A DNA stretch of 29,248 nucleotides, from the NCBI GenBank assembly GCA_043825735.1, contig JBDRRP010000136.1:62001-91248 (forward strand), read 5' to 3'. Both the position numbers and the translations under genes were made by a program. The notes under the pieces were generated by a model. It searched no databases, was not told where the DNA came from, and was given only the letters and a program-made list of their open reading frames with translations. The stretch is from Pseudomonadota bacterium. Lineage in GTDB: Bacteria > Desulfobacterota > Desulfobacteria > Desulfobacterales > JBDRRP01. Numbering within the stretch: position 1 is the stretch's first letter; every line of letters begins with the position of its first letter. Shown in pieces: positions 9,234 to 17,913 of this stretch.

Positions 9234-9265
9234 GGGGGCCGTGGGAGACGGTCCCCATTTTTTTT
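9234..9265 (+). terminator. Attenuator terminator 2
   Basis: GGGGGCCGT (9234-9242) / ACGGTCCCC (9248-9256) 9-bp stem with one G-U, followed by A and 8 T (9258-9265). Confidence 0.8.
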
Positions 9266-9318
9266 ACCCATAGTGAGTGTCCATCCAGAAACGGTTTGGG
9301 CATTCAGACGAGGCGCCC

Positions 9319-10821
9319 ATGAGAATCAGGCATTTTCCGGACAAGGGCCAATTTACAGCGCTGGCGCAGCACCACAATGTCGTGCCGATATGCATCGAAG
9401 TATTGGCCGACACCGAGACCCCGGTATCCTTGTTGAAAAAGCTCCATGACGGTCGTCGCGCCATCTTCTTGTTTGAAAGCGTGGAGGGGGGCGAGCGCTG
9501 GGGGCGATACAGCTTTCTCGGTACCAACGCCAGAAGCCACATCCGCGTTTTCCGCGACGCGGTGGTGATCGAGGAAAACGGCGACACCACCCGCACCCCC
9601 CACAACGGCGATCCGCTGGCCGTGTTAAAGGCGGTGGCCGGGCGCTACCGCATGGCGGAAATGGCCGGCCTGCCGCGATTTCTGGGAGGTCTGGTGGGCT
9701 ACATGAACTACGAGATGGTCTCGTTTTTCGAGGCCATCCCCAATCGCCTGGCACCGGATACACCGCTGGCGCATTTCATTATTCCCGATGAGCTTCTGAT
9801 TTTTGACAATATCCGCCATACGCTCACGGCCGCCACCGTCGTCTTCATTGCACCGGAAGATGATCCGGGCCGGCTCTTCGATGACGCACTGGCACGCACC
9901 GAAAGTCTTCTGGCCACCATCGCGGCAACCCCGCTGATCAACGGCGACGACGTGCCGGGCCCGGTGGTGCGCATCTCGCCGGTCGTGGACGCGGAGGCCT
10001 TCCGGCAGCGCGTGCGCACGGTCAAAGACCACATTTACGCCGGAGACATCATCCAGGCGGTGGTTTCCCAGCCGTTTGTCTGCGATGCGCCCGCCGATCT
10101 GTGGATGCTCTATCGGGCCCAGCGTTTCATCAACCCATCGCCGTATCTGTTCTTTCTTCATTTCGACGAACTGGCGCTGGTGGGCTCGTCTCCGGAGGCC
10201 ATGGTGCGTCTGGAAAACCGGGTGGCCACGTTGAGGCCCATCGCCGGCACGCGACCCCGCGGGCGCAGCGAACAAGAGGATCGGGCGCTGGCCGATGCGC
10301 TGCTGGCTGACGAGAAGGAGCGGGCCGAGCATCTGATGCTCGTGGATCTGGGGCGAAACGATCTGGGGCGGATCGCCGAGACGGGTACCGTGCAGGTCAC
10401 CGATCTCATGGTGGTGGAGCGCTACTCGCATGTCATGCACCTGGTGTCCAATATCTCTTGCGATATTTTGGACGGCAAGGATGCCTGGGACCTGATTCGG
10501 GCGACCTTTCCAGCCGGGACCCTTTCCGGAGCCCCAAAGATCAGGGCCATGGAAATCATCGCCGAGCTGGAGAGCTCCCCGCGCGGTCCTTACGGCGGCG
10601 CGGTCGGGTATGTGTCTTTCAACGGCAACATGGACATGGCCATCACGATTCGTACAGCGGCGGTCACCGGCGGGAAAATGATCGTCAGGGCCGGTGCGGG
10701 GATCGTGGCCGACAGCGATCCGGAAACCGAGCGCCAGGAGACTGTAAACAAGGCCATGGCCATCCAGAATGCGCTCCAGCTTATGAGCGGCGGGGACCGG
10801 CCCGAGGGAGATCAGCCATGA
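9319..10821 (+). CDS. trpE: Anthranilate synthase component I
   Basis: ADTETPVS, LFESVEGGERWGRYSF, NPSPY, GSSPE, RPIAGTRPRG, KERAEHLMLVDLGRND, FPAGTLSGAPK; ATG 9319 after GAGG. Confidence 0.95.
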   Translation: MRIRHFPDKGQFTALAQHHNVVPICIEVLADTETPVSLLKKLHDGRRAIFLFESVEGGERWGRYSFLGTNARSHIRVFRDAVVIEENGDTTRTPHNGDPLAVLKAVAGRYRMAEMAGLPRFLGGLVGYMNYEMVSFFEAIPNRLAPDTPLAHFIIPDELLIFDNIRHTLTAATVVFIAPEDDPGRLFDDALARTESLLATIAATPLINGDDVPGPVVRISPVVDAEAFRQRVRTVKDHIYAGDIIQAVVSQPFVCDAPADLWMLYRAQRFINPSPYLFFLHFDELALVGSSPEAMVRLENRVATLRPIAGTRPRGRSEQEDRALADALLADEKERAEHLMLVDLGRNDLGRIAETGTVQVTDLMVVERYSHVMHLVSNISCDILDGKDAWDLIRATFPAGTLSGAPKIRAMEIIAELESSPRGPYGGAVGYVSFNGNMDMAITIRTAAVTGGKMIVRAGAGIVADSDPETERQETVNKAMAIQNALQLMSGGDRPEGDQP

Positions 10822-11396
10822 TCATCATGATCGACAACTACGATTCGTTCACCTACAATCTGGTGCAAGATATCCGTCAGATCGGCTATCCGGTGGCGGT
10901 GTATCGAAATGATGCCCTCAGCGTGGCGGCCATTGCGGATCTGGCCCCGCGTGCCATCGTGATATCCCCGGGTCCCGGACGCCCCGAGGATGCCGGTATC
11001 TGTCTTGAGGTCGTCGCCACTTTTTCAGGAAAGATACCGCTGCTCGGCGTATGCCTGGGACACCAGACCATCGCCCAGGCCTTCGGCGGCACGATCGTCA
11101 ACGCCCGGCGGCTCATGCACGGTAAGACATCCATGGTGACCGCAGACGGGCAGACCATTTTCAAGGGTATCAAGTCGCCCTTTCAGGCCATGCGCTATCA
11201 CAGCCTGGTGGCCGATCGACAGCGCCTTCCCGAGCAGCTTGTCGTCAGCGCCGAGTCCGACGACGGCGAAATCATGGGGCTGCGCCACCGGGAGCATATG
11301 ACCGAGGGGATCCAGTTTCACCCCGAGTCCATTATGACACCGGTGGGTAAACGGCTCATGCGCAACTTCCTGCGCATGGCCATGGTCGATCATTGA
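10818..11396 (+). CDS. trpG: Anthranilate synthase component II (glutamine amidotransferase)
   Basis: IDNYDSFTYNL, SPGPG, GVCLGHQ, RYHSL, QFHPES; ATGA overlap with the trpE stop. Confidence 0.95.
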   Translation: MIIMIDNYDSFTYNLVQDIRQIGYPVAVYRNDALSVAAIADLAPRAIVISPGPGRPEDAGICLEVVATFSGKIPLLGVCLGHQTIAQAFGGTIVNARRLMHGKTSMVTADGQTIFKGIKSPFQAMRYHSLVADRQRLPEQLVVSAESDDGEIMGLRHREHMTEGIQFHPESIMTPVGKRLMRNFLRMAMVDH

Positions 11397-11430
11397 CGGA
11401 ATCGGCGGTAGAAAAATGGGGGGAGATCAC

Positions 11431-11503
11431 CACGGAGTTCACGGAGGGCACGGAGAAAAGCAACAGGATTTGTTTTTAAAAATTTATCTCCGTGTCCTCC
11501 GTG
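11431..11503. repeat. CACGGAG-family periodic inverted repeat within the trp operon
   Basis: Three 9-bp units CACGGAGnn at 11431-11457 and inverted arm ATCTCCGTGTCCTCCGTG at 11486-11503; the same 18-mer recurs at 26346-26363. Confidence 0.85.
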
Positions 11504-11557
11504 GTTCAAATCATCTTTTGGATAGTGTTTACCGCATCACGACAAAAGGAGAAAATC

Positions 11558-12577
11558 ATGGCCTTCAAGGATCTTTTGCAGCTGATCATCAAACGGCAGG
11601 ATCTGACGTCGTCGCAGATGGCGGAGATGATCTCCGAGGTGCTTTCCGGGACCGTCACCGACGCCCAGATCGGGGCCATGATGGCGGCGCTTGCCACCAA
11701 GGGGGAGACCTATGCGGAGCTGGCCGGCGCGGCTCAGGCCATGCGGCGAAAGGCGGCGCGCATTCAGGCGCCGGGTCAGACCGTCGTGGACACCTGCGGC
11801 ACCGGCGGTGACGGCGCCAGCACCTTCAACATCTCCACCACCACAGCCTTCGTGGTGGCCGGCTGTGGGGTGATCGTGGCCAAGCACGGCAACCGGTCGG
11901 TGTCCAGCCAGTGCGGCAGCGCCGATCTGCTCGAAGCGCTGGGTGTGAAGCTGGATGTGGACCCGGAGATCGTGGAGGAAGCCCTTCAGGAGATCGGCAT
12001 CGGCTTTCTTTTCGCCCCGGTGTTTCACGGGGCCATGCGGTATGCCGCCCCGGCGAGAAAGCAGATCGGTCTCAGAAGTATTTTCAACATGCTGGGGCCG
12101 CTCACCAACCCGGCCGGCGCCAACTGCCAGCTGCTGGGGGTTTACGCCCCCGAACTGACCGAAATGTTCGCCAAGGCCCTTCAGGAACTCGGCGCCCGCC
12201 GGGCCCTGGTGGTTCACGGCCACGACGGGCTCGACGAGATTTCCGTGTGTGCGCCCACCCGGGTCTCTGAGCTGAATGACGGAATGATCAAGACCTACGA
12301 CCTGTCGCCGGAAACCTATTTCGGCGAGCCGGCCGATCCCGCGTCCATGACCGGCGGCGGCCCTGCCCAAAATGCCGACATTACCCGCCGGATTCTCACC
12401 GGAGAGACCGGCCCCCGGCGGAATGTGGTTATGTTTAATGCCGGCGCGGCGCTCATGGCCGCCGGCAAGGTCGACACGGTGAAAGCGGGCATCGCCATGG
12501 CTGCCGCCGCCATCGACAGCGGCGCCGCCATGCACAAACTGGAGGCCCTGGCGGCCTACACCCGGGAGAACGGTTGA
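11558..12577 (+). CDS. trpD: Anthranilate phosphoribosyltransferase
   Basis: DTCGTGGDG, FNIST, KHGNRSVSS, GSAD, FNMLGPLTNP, GLDEIS; ATG 11558 after AAGGAG. Confidence 0.97.
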   Translation: MAFKDLLQLIIKRQDLTSSQMAEMISEVLSGTVTDAQIGAMMAALATKGETYAELAGAAQAMRRKAARIQAPGQTVVDTCGTGGDGASTFNISTTTAFVVAGCGVIVAKHGNRSVSSQCGSADLLEALGVKLDVDPEIVEEALQEIGIGFLFAPVFHGAMRYAAPARKQIGLRSIFNMLGPLTNPAGANCQLLGVYAPELTEMFAKALQELGARRALVVHGHDGLDEISVCAPTRVSELNDGMIKTYDLSPETYFGEPADPASMTGGGPAQNADITRRILTGETGPRRNVVMFNAGAALMAAGKVDTVKAGIAMAAAAIDSGAAMHKLEALAAYTRENG

Positions 12578-13371
12578 TGGCGGCAGACATCCTATCGCGT
12601 ATCGTTGCCACAACCCGGGAGACGGTGGCCGCGGCTCAGGCCAGGCGGCCGCTGGCGGACTTAAAGGCCCGCGCTTCAGGCGCATCCCCGGTGCGGCCCT
12701 TTTTGCCCGATAGCGACCCCCGGCCGGTGTCCATCATTGCCGAGATCAAGCGGGCGTCGCCGTCAAAGGGCGACATCGCCATCGACCTCGACCCCGCTCG
12801 GCTGGCGGCGTCCTATGAGGCCGGCGGTGCGGCGGCGCTGTCGGTGCTGACCGACGCGCCGTTTTTCAAGGGCAGTGCGCTGGACCTCATGACGGCCCGG
12901 GCGGCGGTTTCCCTGCCCGTCCTGCGAAAGGACTTCATCGTCACCGAGTACCAGGTCTACGAGGCGCGCAGCTGGGGCGCCGATGCCGTACTGCTCATCG
13001 CCCGCATACTTTCCCCGCACCAGATGGCCGAGCTGTGCGCCTGCGTGCGGGCGCTGGGCATGGAACCGCTGGTGGAGATCCATACCGAAGCGGATCTGGA
13101 AACAATTCCGGGCGCGTGCGCGCGTCTCATCGGCATCAACAACCGGGATCTCAAATCATTTGACACGAGCCTGGACCGGGCCATCGGCCTTGCCGGTCGG
13201 CTGGCGCCCCACCAGGTGCCCGTGGCAGCCAGCGGCATTGCCGCCCGTGAAGACATCGCCCGAAACTTGGCCCACGGCATCCGGCATTTTCTCATCGGCG
13301 AGAGTCTGGTCAGAGCCGCCGATCCGGTGGCTTTTCTCAAAGATCTTGCCAACATCGAAGAGACACCCTGA
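12577..13371 (+). CDS. trpC: Indole-3-glycerol phosphate synthase
   Basis: IAEIKRASPSKG, LSVLTD..FF.G, LRKDFI, GADAVLLI, GINNRDL, LIGESL; TGATG overlap with trpD. Confidence 0.96.
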   Translation: MAADILSRIVATTRETVAAAQARRPLADLKARASGASPVRPFLPDSDPRPVSIIAEIKRASPSKGDIAIDLDPARLAASYEAGGAAALSVLTDAPFFKGSALDLMTARAAVSLPVLRKDFIVTEYQVYEARSWGADAVLLIARILSPHQMAELCACVRALGMEPLVEIHTEADLETIPGACARLIGINNRDLKSFDTSLDRAIGLAGRLAPHQVPVAASGIAAREDIARNLAHGIRHFLIGESLVRAADPVAFLKDLANIEETP

Positions 13372-14045
13372 TGGCGCCCAACGAGCCCCAGATAAAGATC
13401 TGTGGTCTGAGAGACCCGGACATGGCCGCCGAGGCGGCCGCCTTGGGCGCCGATGCCATCGGCTGCGTCTTCTTTGCGAAAAGCCCCCGCAACGTGTCCC
13501 CGGACACCGCACGGGCCATCCGAGCAGCGGTGCCGGACGCCGTTGGGATCATCGGTGTTTTTGCGGATATCGATTACGACGGCGCCATGTCTATTGTTGA
13601 CCGATGCGGTCTGGACGGCGTGCAGCTTCATGGGCATGAAACAGCGGAGACGGTTGCTCGGCTGCGGGGGCAGGGGCTGATCGTGCTCAAGGCCCTGTTT
13701 ACGGCCAGGGCGCCGGGAATAGACCGGGCCGGCGATTACGATCCGACGGCGTTTCTCGTGGAAGCCGGAAAGGGTCCCCTGCCCGGCGGCAACGCTGAAA
13801 CCTGGCAGTGGCAGGATGTGCGGGGCTTTTCAGAGCACCATCCCCTGGTGCTGGCCGGTGGGTTAAACGCGGACACCGTGGCCGGCGCCATCGCAACGGC
13901 GGCCCCGGACGCCGTGGACGTCAGCAGCGGGGTGGAAATCCGGCCCGGGGTCAAAAGCCTGGAGAAGATCGCCGCATTTATCGCTGCGGTGCGCCAATGC
14001 AAAGGGGCTGGCCTAAAGGGGCGGAGATTGAGGAAGGTGTTCTGA
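13371..14045 (+). CDS. trpF: Phosphoribosylanthranilate isomerase
   Basis: IKICGL, GADAIG.VF..KSPR, VQLHG.E, LAGGL, VDVSSGVE; TGATG overlap with trpC. Confidence 0.96.
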   Translation: MAPNEPQIKICGLRDPDMAAEAAALGADAIGCVFFAKSPRNVSPDTARAIRAAVPDAVGIIGVFADIDYDGAMSIVDRCGLDGVQLHGHETAETVARLRGQGLIVLKALFTARAPGIDRAGDYDPTAFLVEAGKGPLPGGNAETWQWQDVRGFSEHHPLVLAGGLNADTVAGAIATAAPDAVDVSSGVEIRPGVKSLEKIAAFIAAVRQCKGAGLKGRRLRKVF

Positions 14046-14068
14046 TCTTTGACCCGGGGCGTTTTGCC

Positions 14069-14202
14069 TTTCATCGCCAAGACCCTCTCGGGGTCGGGAT
14101 CGAAATCGATGTATTCTGCGGTCGATACCGATCCCGAGAGCGATTTCGATTTTCACGGCGTTGTTGTGTAAACGGAACGTATTTATGACAATGGCTATTA
14201 AT
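14069..14202 (-). repeat. ~135-bp dispersed repeat, copy B (inverted relative to 3543..3677)
   Basis: Reverse complement reads ATTAATAGCCATTGTCAT...ATCGAAATCGCT...CGATCCCGACCCCGAGAGGGTC..GATGAAA, colinear with copy A; internal hairpin TCGGGATCG/CGATCCCGA. Confidence 0.9.
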
Positions 14203-14250
14203 ATGCCGGCCCGATGGCTCGCCGGGCTTGATACAAAAGCAGCACAGCCT

Positions 14251-16551
14251 TCAGTCTACCGCGGTCCCCACCATCGCTCTATCAATCGCGTCCTTTAGCG
14301 CCGCCTTCTGATACGGTTTGTGCAAAAAGATCTGATAGCGGGTGTCGGGATGTCCACCGCTGAACACTCTGGACTCGTCGTGTCCGCTGGCCAGGACCAC
14401 GGGAATGTCCGGCCGGATTAGTCTGAGTGCGGCCACGGTCTCCCAGCCGTTCATGCGGGGCATGCTCAGGTCACACAGGACGACGTGGATATCATCGCGT
14501 CGGTCCCGGAACAATTCCAGCGCCTCCAAGCCGTCTTTTGCCGCGAACACCTTAAAGCCAAGGCGTGAGAGCATTGTCGTGGCCATGCTGCGCATCATCT
14601 CCTCGTCTTCGACCAGCAGTACGGTACCGCTGCCTTCCATTGCCAGAGATCGGGAGGTTTTGTCGGGCGGCCGGGCGACATCTTCCAAAGGCATTGGCAG
14701 ATAAACCCGGAAGGTGCTTCCTTTCCCCTGCCGGCTCTCAACGGTAATAACGCCGCCGTGGGTCTTGACAATCCCAAGAACCACCGGCAGGCCGAGGCCC
14801 CTGCCGGTGAATTTGCTGGAGAAAAACGGATCGAAGAGTTTTTCGATATTGGCCTCCGCGATCCCGCAGCCAGCATCTGCTACTTCGATGCAGGCATAAA
14901 TCAGGTCATTGGCCTGCCAGTCGATGGGGTAGCGGTTGACATCGCTGATGTGCTCGTAAGAAACCTTTTTCAGGGTCAGATCAACGGCCCCCTGGCGCTC
15001 GCCGACAGCTTCCAGGGCGTTGGTGACAAGATGGGTCAGAACCTGCTGGATCTGGTTCGCATTGGCGCTGAGAATCAGGCCGGGGGACGGTAAATCGGCC
15101 TTGATAACAAGACCCTTGGGCGCTGCCGTCTGCAGCAGCGGCAGGCTTTGCCGGCAGGTTTCACACAGGTTCAGCGGTGTGCGCAGTCCGGTGGTTTGCC
15201 CGAGATACGTGAGCATCGAGCCGCTGACTTCCGCGGCCTTTCGGGCACCCTTCATCGCGATAGCGAGTATCTCGGTGATTTCCGCATCCCGTGGCAGCTC
15301 GTCAATGGCCAGCTCCAGACTGCCCATCACCACGCCGAGCTGGTTGTTGAAGTGATGGGCGATGGCCCCTGCCATGCTGTTGAGGCTGTTTGCCTTTTCC
15401 AGTTGTTGCTGCTGGCGCTCCCATTTTCGCTGTTCTTCTTCAAGCCGTTTTCGCTCTGCCAGTTCGTGATGCACGGCCTGATACAGGCTGGCGTTTTCGA
15501 TGGCTGCAGAGATCTGCTCGGCGTAGAGCATGGCGATCTGCAGGGAGCCGCGATTGAAGGCGATGGCCGAAAACCGCACGGCGAACAACACGCCGTGGAT
15601 GAGGTCTTTCCGGTGAATCGGAATCGCCAAAAATGCCTTCACCGGCGCTACGCTCAATGGCACCGGAGAATTCTGAAGCAAGATCGTTGTCAGATCGGCG
15701 GTGCTGTATGGCTCGCCCCGTCCGAGCGGCGAGGATGCCATCAGATGTTTGGTGATGCGGCTTAACGCGGTGGTGCATAACGCTTCAAGGCCGGTCTGTG
15801 CCGCGCAGTAAAACTCGCCGTCCGGGGCGCTGAGGACAAGCGCGGAGGCATCGGCACTGACAATGACCGGAAACATGTTTACCGCTTCAGCAGACACCGT
15901 GATGAGGTCAAGATGACAGCTGATTTCTCGGCCGCTTTGAACGATTTTTTCAAATTGTACACTTCGCTGCGCCTCGATCAGGGTTCGACCGATTCGGTAG
16001 GCCATGGTTCTGAGCAGGCCGACCTCGGACCTGGCAAAGGGGATCGGGCTGCAACGGGCGAGAATCAGCGCTCCGCGGTTGATCTGACTGCCATCTACCG
16101 GCAGGCCGATAATCGTCTCGGCGCCCATGTCGCGGAGCTGGAAATCAATTGTCGGATCGGCGTCGGCATTCTCGATCAGCACGGGTGCGTCCGTGTGCAT
16201 CAGCCGTTGTGTAAAGCTGCCCTGCGCTTCGGAAAAAGGTAGGGGCAATATATCCTCTGATAGTCCGACCGCCGCGAGAGGGGCAAATGATCCGGTTCCG
16301 ACCGGGTCGAGCAGCACGACGATATCGGCCAGAAACAACTCCGAAAGCGTTGATAAAATCCGATCGAGCAACAGATCCAACGGGCCGGAGTCATTCAGGA
16401 TAGTCAGCAGGCGGGTCAGGCGGGTCGTGTCCCGAACAGCCTCTCTGGCGGCCTGTACAGCGGCGTCGCGGCCTGCGCGCAGACGAAGAAGATCGTCTCC
16501 ACCCAGCGATTCGGTATTTTTTTCCCGTTCCCGATCGATGCGTTGGGGCAC
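14251..16551 (-). CDS. Cytoplasmic hybrid histidine kinase (2x GAF-like, HisKA, HATPase, REC)
   Basis: H-box MAGAIAHHFNN, DAGCG, FDPFFSSKFTGRGLGL, receiver VLLVEDE..DLSMPRMNG; two GAF-like segments. Start re-assigned to GTG 16551 (AAGGGA SD, 10 bp after the FIST stop). Confidence 0.88.
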   Translation of the reverse strand: MPQRIDREREKNTESLGGDDLLRLRAGRDAAVQAAREAVRDTTRLTRLLTILNDSGPLDLLLDRILSTLSELFLADIVVLLDPVGTGSFAPLAAVGLSEDILPLPFSEAQGSFTQRLMHTDAPVLIENADADPTIDFQLRDMGAETIIGLPVDGSQINRGALILARCSPIPFARSEVGLLRTMAYRIGRTLIEAQRSVQFEKIVQSGREISCHLDLITVSAEAVNMFPVIVSADASALVLSAPDGEFYCAAQTGLEALCTTALSRITKHLMASSPLGRGEPYSTADLTTILLQNSPVPLSVAPVKAFLAIPIHRKDLIHGVLFAVRFSAIAFNRGSLQIAMLYAEQISAAIENASLYQAVHHELAERKRLEEEQRKWERQQQQLEKANSLNSMAGAIAHHFNNQLGVVMGSLELAIDELPRDAEITEILAIAMKGARKAAEVSGSMLTYLGQTTGLRTPLNLCETCRQSLPLLQTAAPKGLVIKADLPSPGLILSANANQIQQVLTHLVTNALEAVGERQGAVDLTLKKVSYEHISDVNRYPIDWQANDLIYACIEVADAGCGIAEANIEKLFDPFFSSKFTGRGLGLPVVLGIVKTHGGVITVESRQGKGSTFRVYLPMPLEDVARPPDKTSRSLAMEGSGTVLLVEDEEMMRSMATTMLSRLGFKVFAAKDGLEALELFRDRRDDIHVVLCDLSMPRMNGWETVAALRLIRPDIPVVLASGHDESRVFSGGHPDTRYQIFLHKPYQKAALKDAIDRAMVGTAVD

Positions 16552-16561
16552 GCCTGATCCC

Positions 16562-17728
16562 TTAAAGTGCCAGCACCGTGAGGGTGGCGTTGTGTGTTCC
16601 AAGAACGCCGGCGGTTCGTGCAAACTCGCCGCAGCAATATATCCCGAAGGTCGACACCTCTCCAGCCGCCGCCTGCAGCCGTTGCGCTTCCTCGAGGGTG
16701 CGCGGTCCAAAGATGACCGCTCTCGCTGCACAACTGAAGGCCAGCAATACCCCTGCTTTTGGATGACGGGCCAGTGCTTCGCGCGCGACCTCGCCGGCGA
16801 CATCGAGCAAGGCCTCGGTGGAACTGCTCATTACCTGAACGGCGCTGCCTGTCGGCGGCACGCATCCCTGAATCATGAGCGTCCCCTGCGCCGTCTTGGA
16901 GCGGGCGACCCGGATCACGGCGGTACCATCGGATTGGAGCAGACCGAACGGATGAACGATGGACGTGCCCCAAAACGCCTCGGCGCTCAACTCACCCGGA
17001 GCAAATCCCAGTTGTTCCTCGTAGGCGATGGCGGCCGGTCGTCCGCCAAGCTCGATGATTTCCGTGCCTTCGGCGCGGGTCACCAGCATTGGAACGCCGA
17101 TCGGCTCCCAGCCGTGCCGCGTCACGACCGGCAGCGGCTCATCACTGGCAATCCAGAGGGCCGCGGCCCCGCCCTCAATGACCTGGTCATCATGGAACAC
17201 AAAGGTCCGCTCGAATTTGAGCTCGTCGCCGGCGGCACCGCCGGTGATGGCGACCTTCGGCCCGGTGATGCGATAGACGCCCTGCACCAACTGTTGCAGA
17301 TCCCCGGCAAGACAATCGGCGAGGAGCATCACCGCCGCGTGAGGGCTCGGGCCCGCCGCCGCTTTGCTCGTGCGGGCGATGATTTGTCCCACCTGGTCAA
17401 GATTGCCCTTGATGTCGGTGGCCGATGCCAAACCAAACCGGTATGGCCCGGCCGTCAAAGCGAGAACCCCAACGCCGCCGCCGAAGCCCAGATATTGCCC
17501 CTGCAGGATTTCACCGGAACCGGTGGCTCCAATCAGATGGGTGGCGCCGGTAACCGAGCGGATTCCCGCTATCAGCTCAGGAAGCGCGTAGCGGGGCGTA
17601 GTGAAGACAATGATGAGCGCCGGCGTTTCACCGGCAAGCCCGGCGATAGCGGCGGTTGCCGCTTCGCATCCGGCTGCGAACGCATTCTCATTGATCCTGC
17701 TAACGCCGATACCTGTTTGAATTCTCAT
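16562..17728 (-). CDS. FIST-domain sensory protein (FIST_N + FIST_C, NosP-like)
   Basis: LIGATGSGEI, GGAAGD, HGWEPIG, ELGGRPA, FSCAAR, G.Y..GE..HNAT: typical FIST motifs; ATG at 17728. Confidence 0.88.
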   Translation of the reverse strand: MRIQTGIGVSRINENAFAAGCEAATAAIAGLAGETPALIIVFTTPRYALPELIAGIRSVTGATHLIGATGSGEILQGQYLGFGGGVGVLALTAGPYRFGLASATDIKGNLDQVGQIIARTSKAAAGPSPHAAVMLLADCLAGDLQQLVQGVYRITGPKVAITGGAAGDELKFERTFVFHDDQVIEGGAAALWIASDEPLPVVTRHGWEPIGVPMLVTRAEGTEIIELGGRPAAIAYEEQLGFAPGELSAEAFWGTSIVHPFGLLQSDGTAVIRVARSKTAQGTLMIQGCVPPTGSAVQVMSSSTEALLDVAGEVAREALARHPKAGVLLAFSCAARAVIFGPRTLEEAQRLQAAAGEVSTFGIYCCGEFARTAGVLGTHNATLTVLAL

Positions 17729-17913
17729 CGGTAGCTCACCCCCGAACGGACATGGTTGGCTCAGGAATAGATGTTGATGGGCCTTGTATGAAAGATGATG
17801 GGAGCGGCGCTTGAGTCCGCCCCGCACACGCCGCATCCCGAAGGATTTGTCCACCCCCTGTCGCGTCACAGGATGCTGGCGACCCTATTAATGACATCAT
17901 CACTATTCCGAGT

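Noticed and set aside
16552..16803. N-terminal extension of the 850-aa kinase ORF overlapping the FIST gene
   Set aside because: A better start (GTG 16551 with SD) removes the overlap; the extension is an alternative-frame read of FIST. The same logic was applied to the ORF-track starts of trpA, trpB and trpG.
16127..17734. 535-aa plus-strand ORF
   Set aside because: Antisense shadow of the FIST and kinase genes; no recognisable motifs; long shadow ORFs are common in GC-rich DNA.
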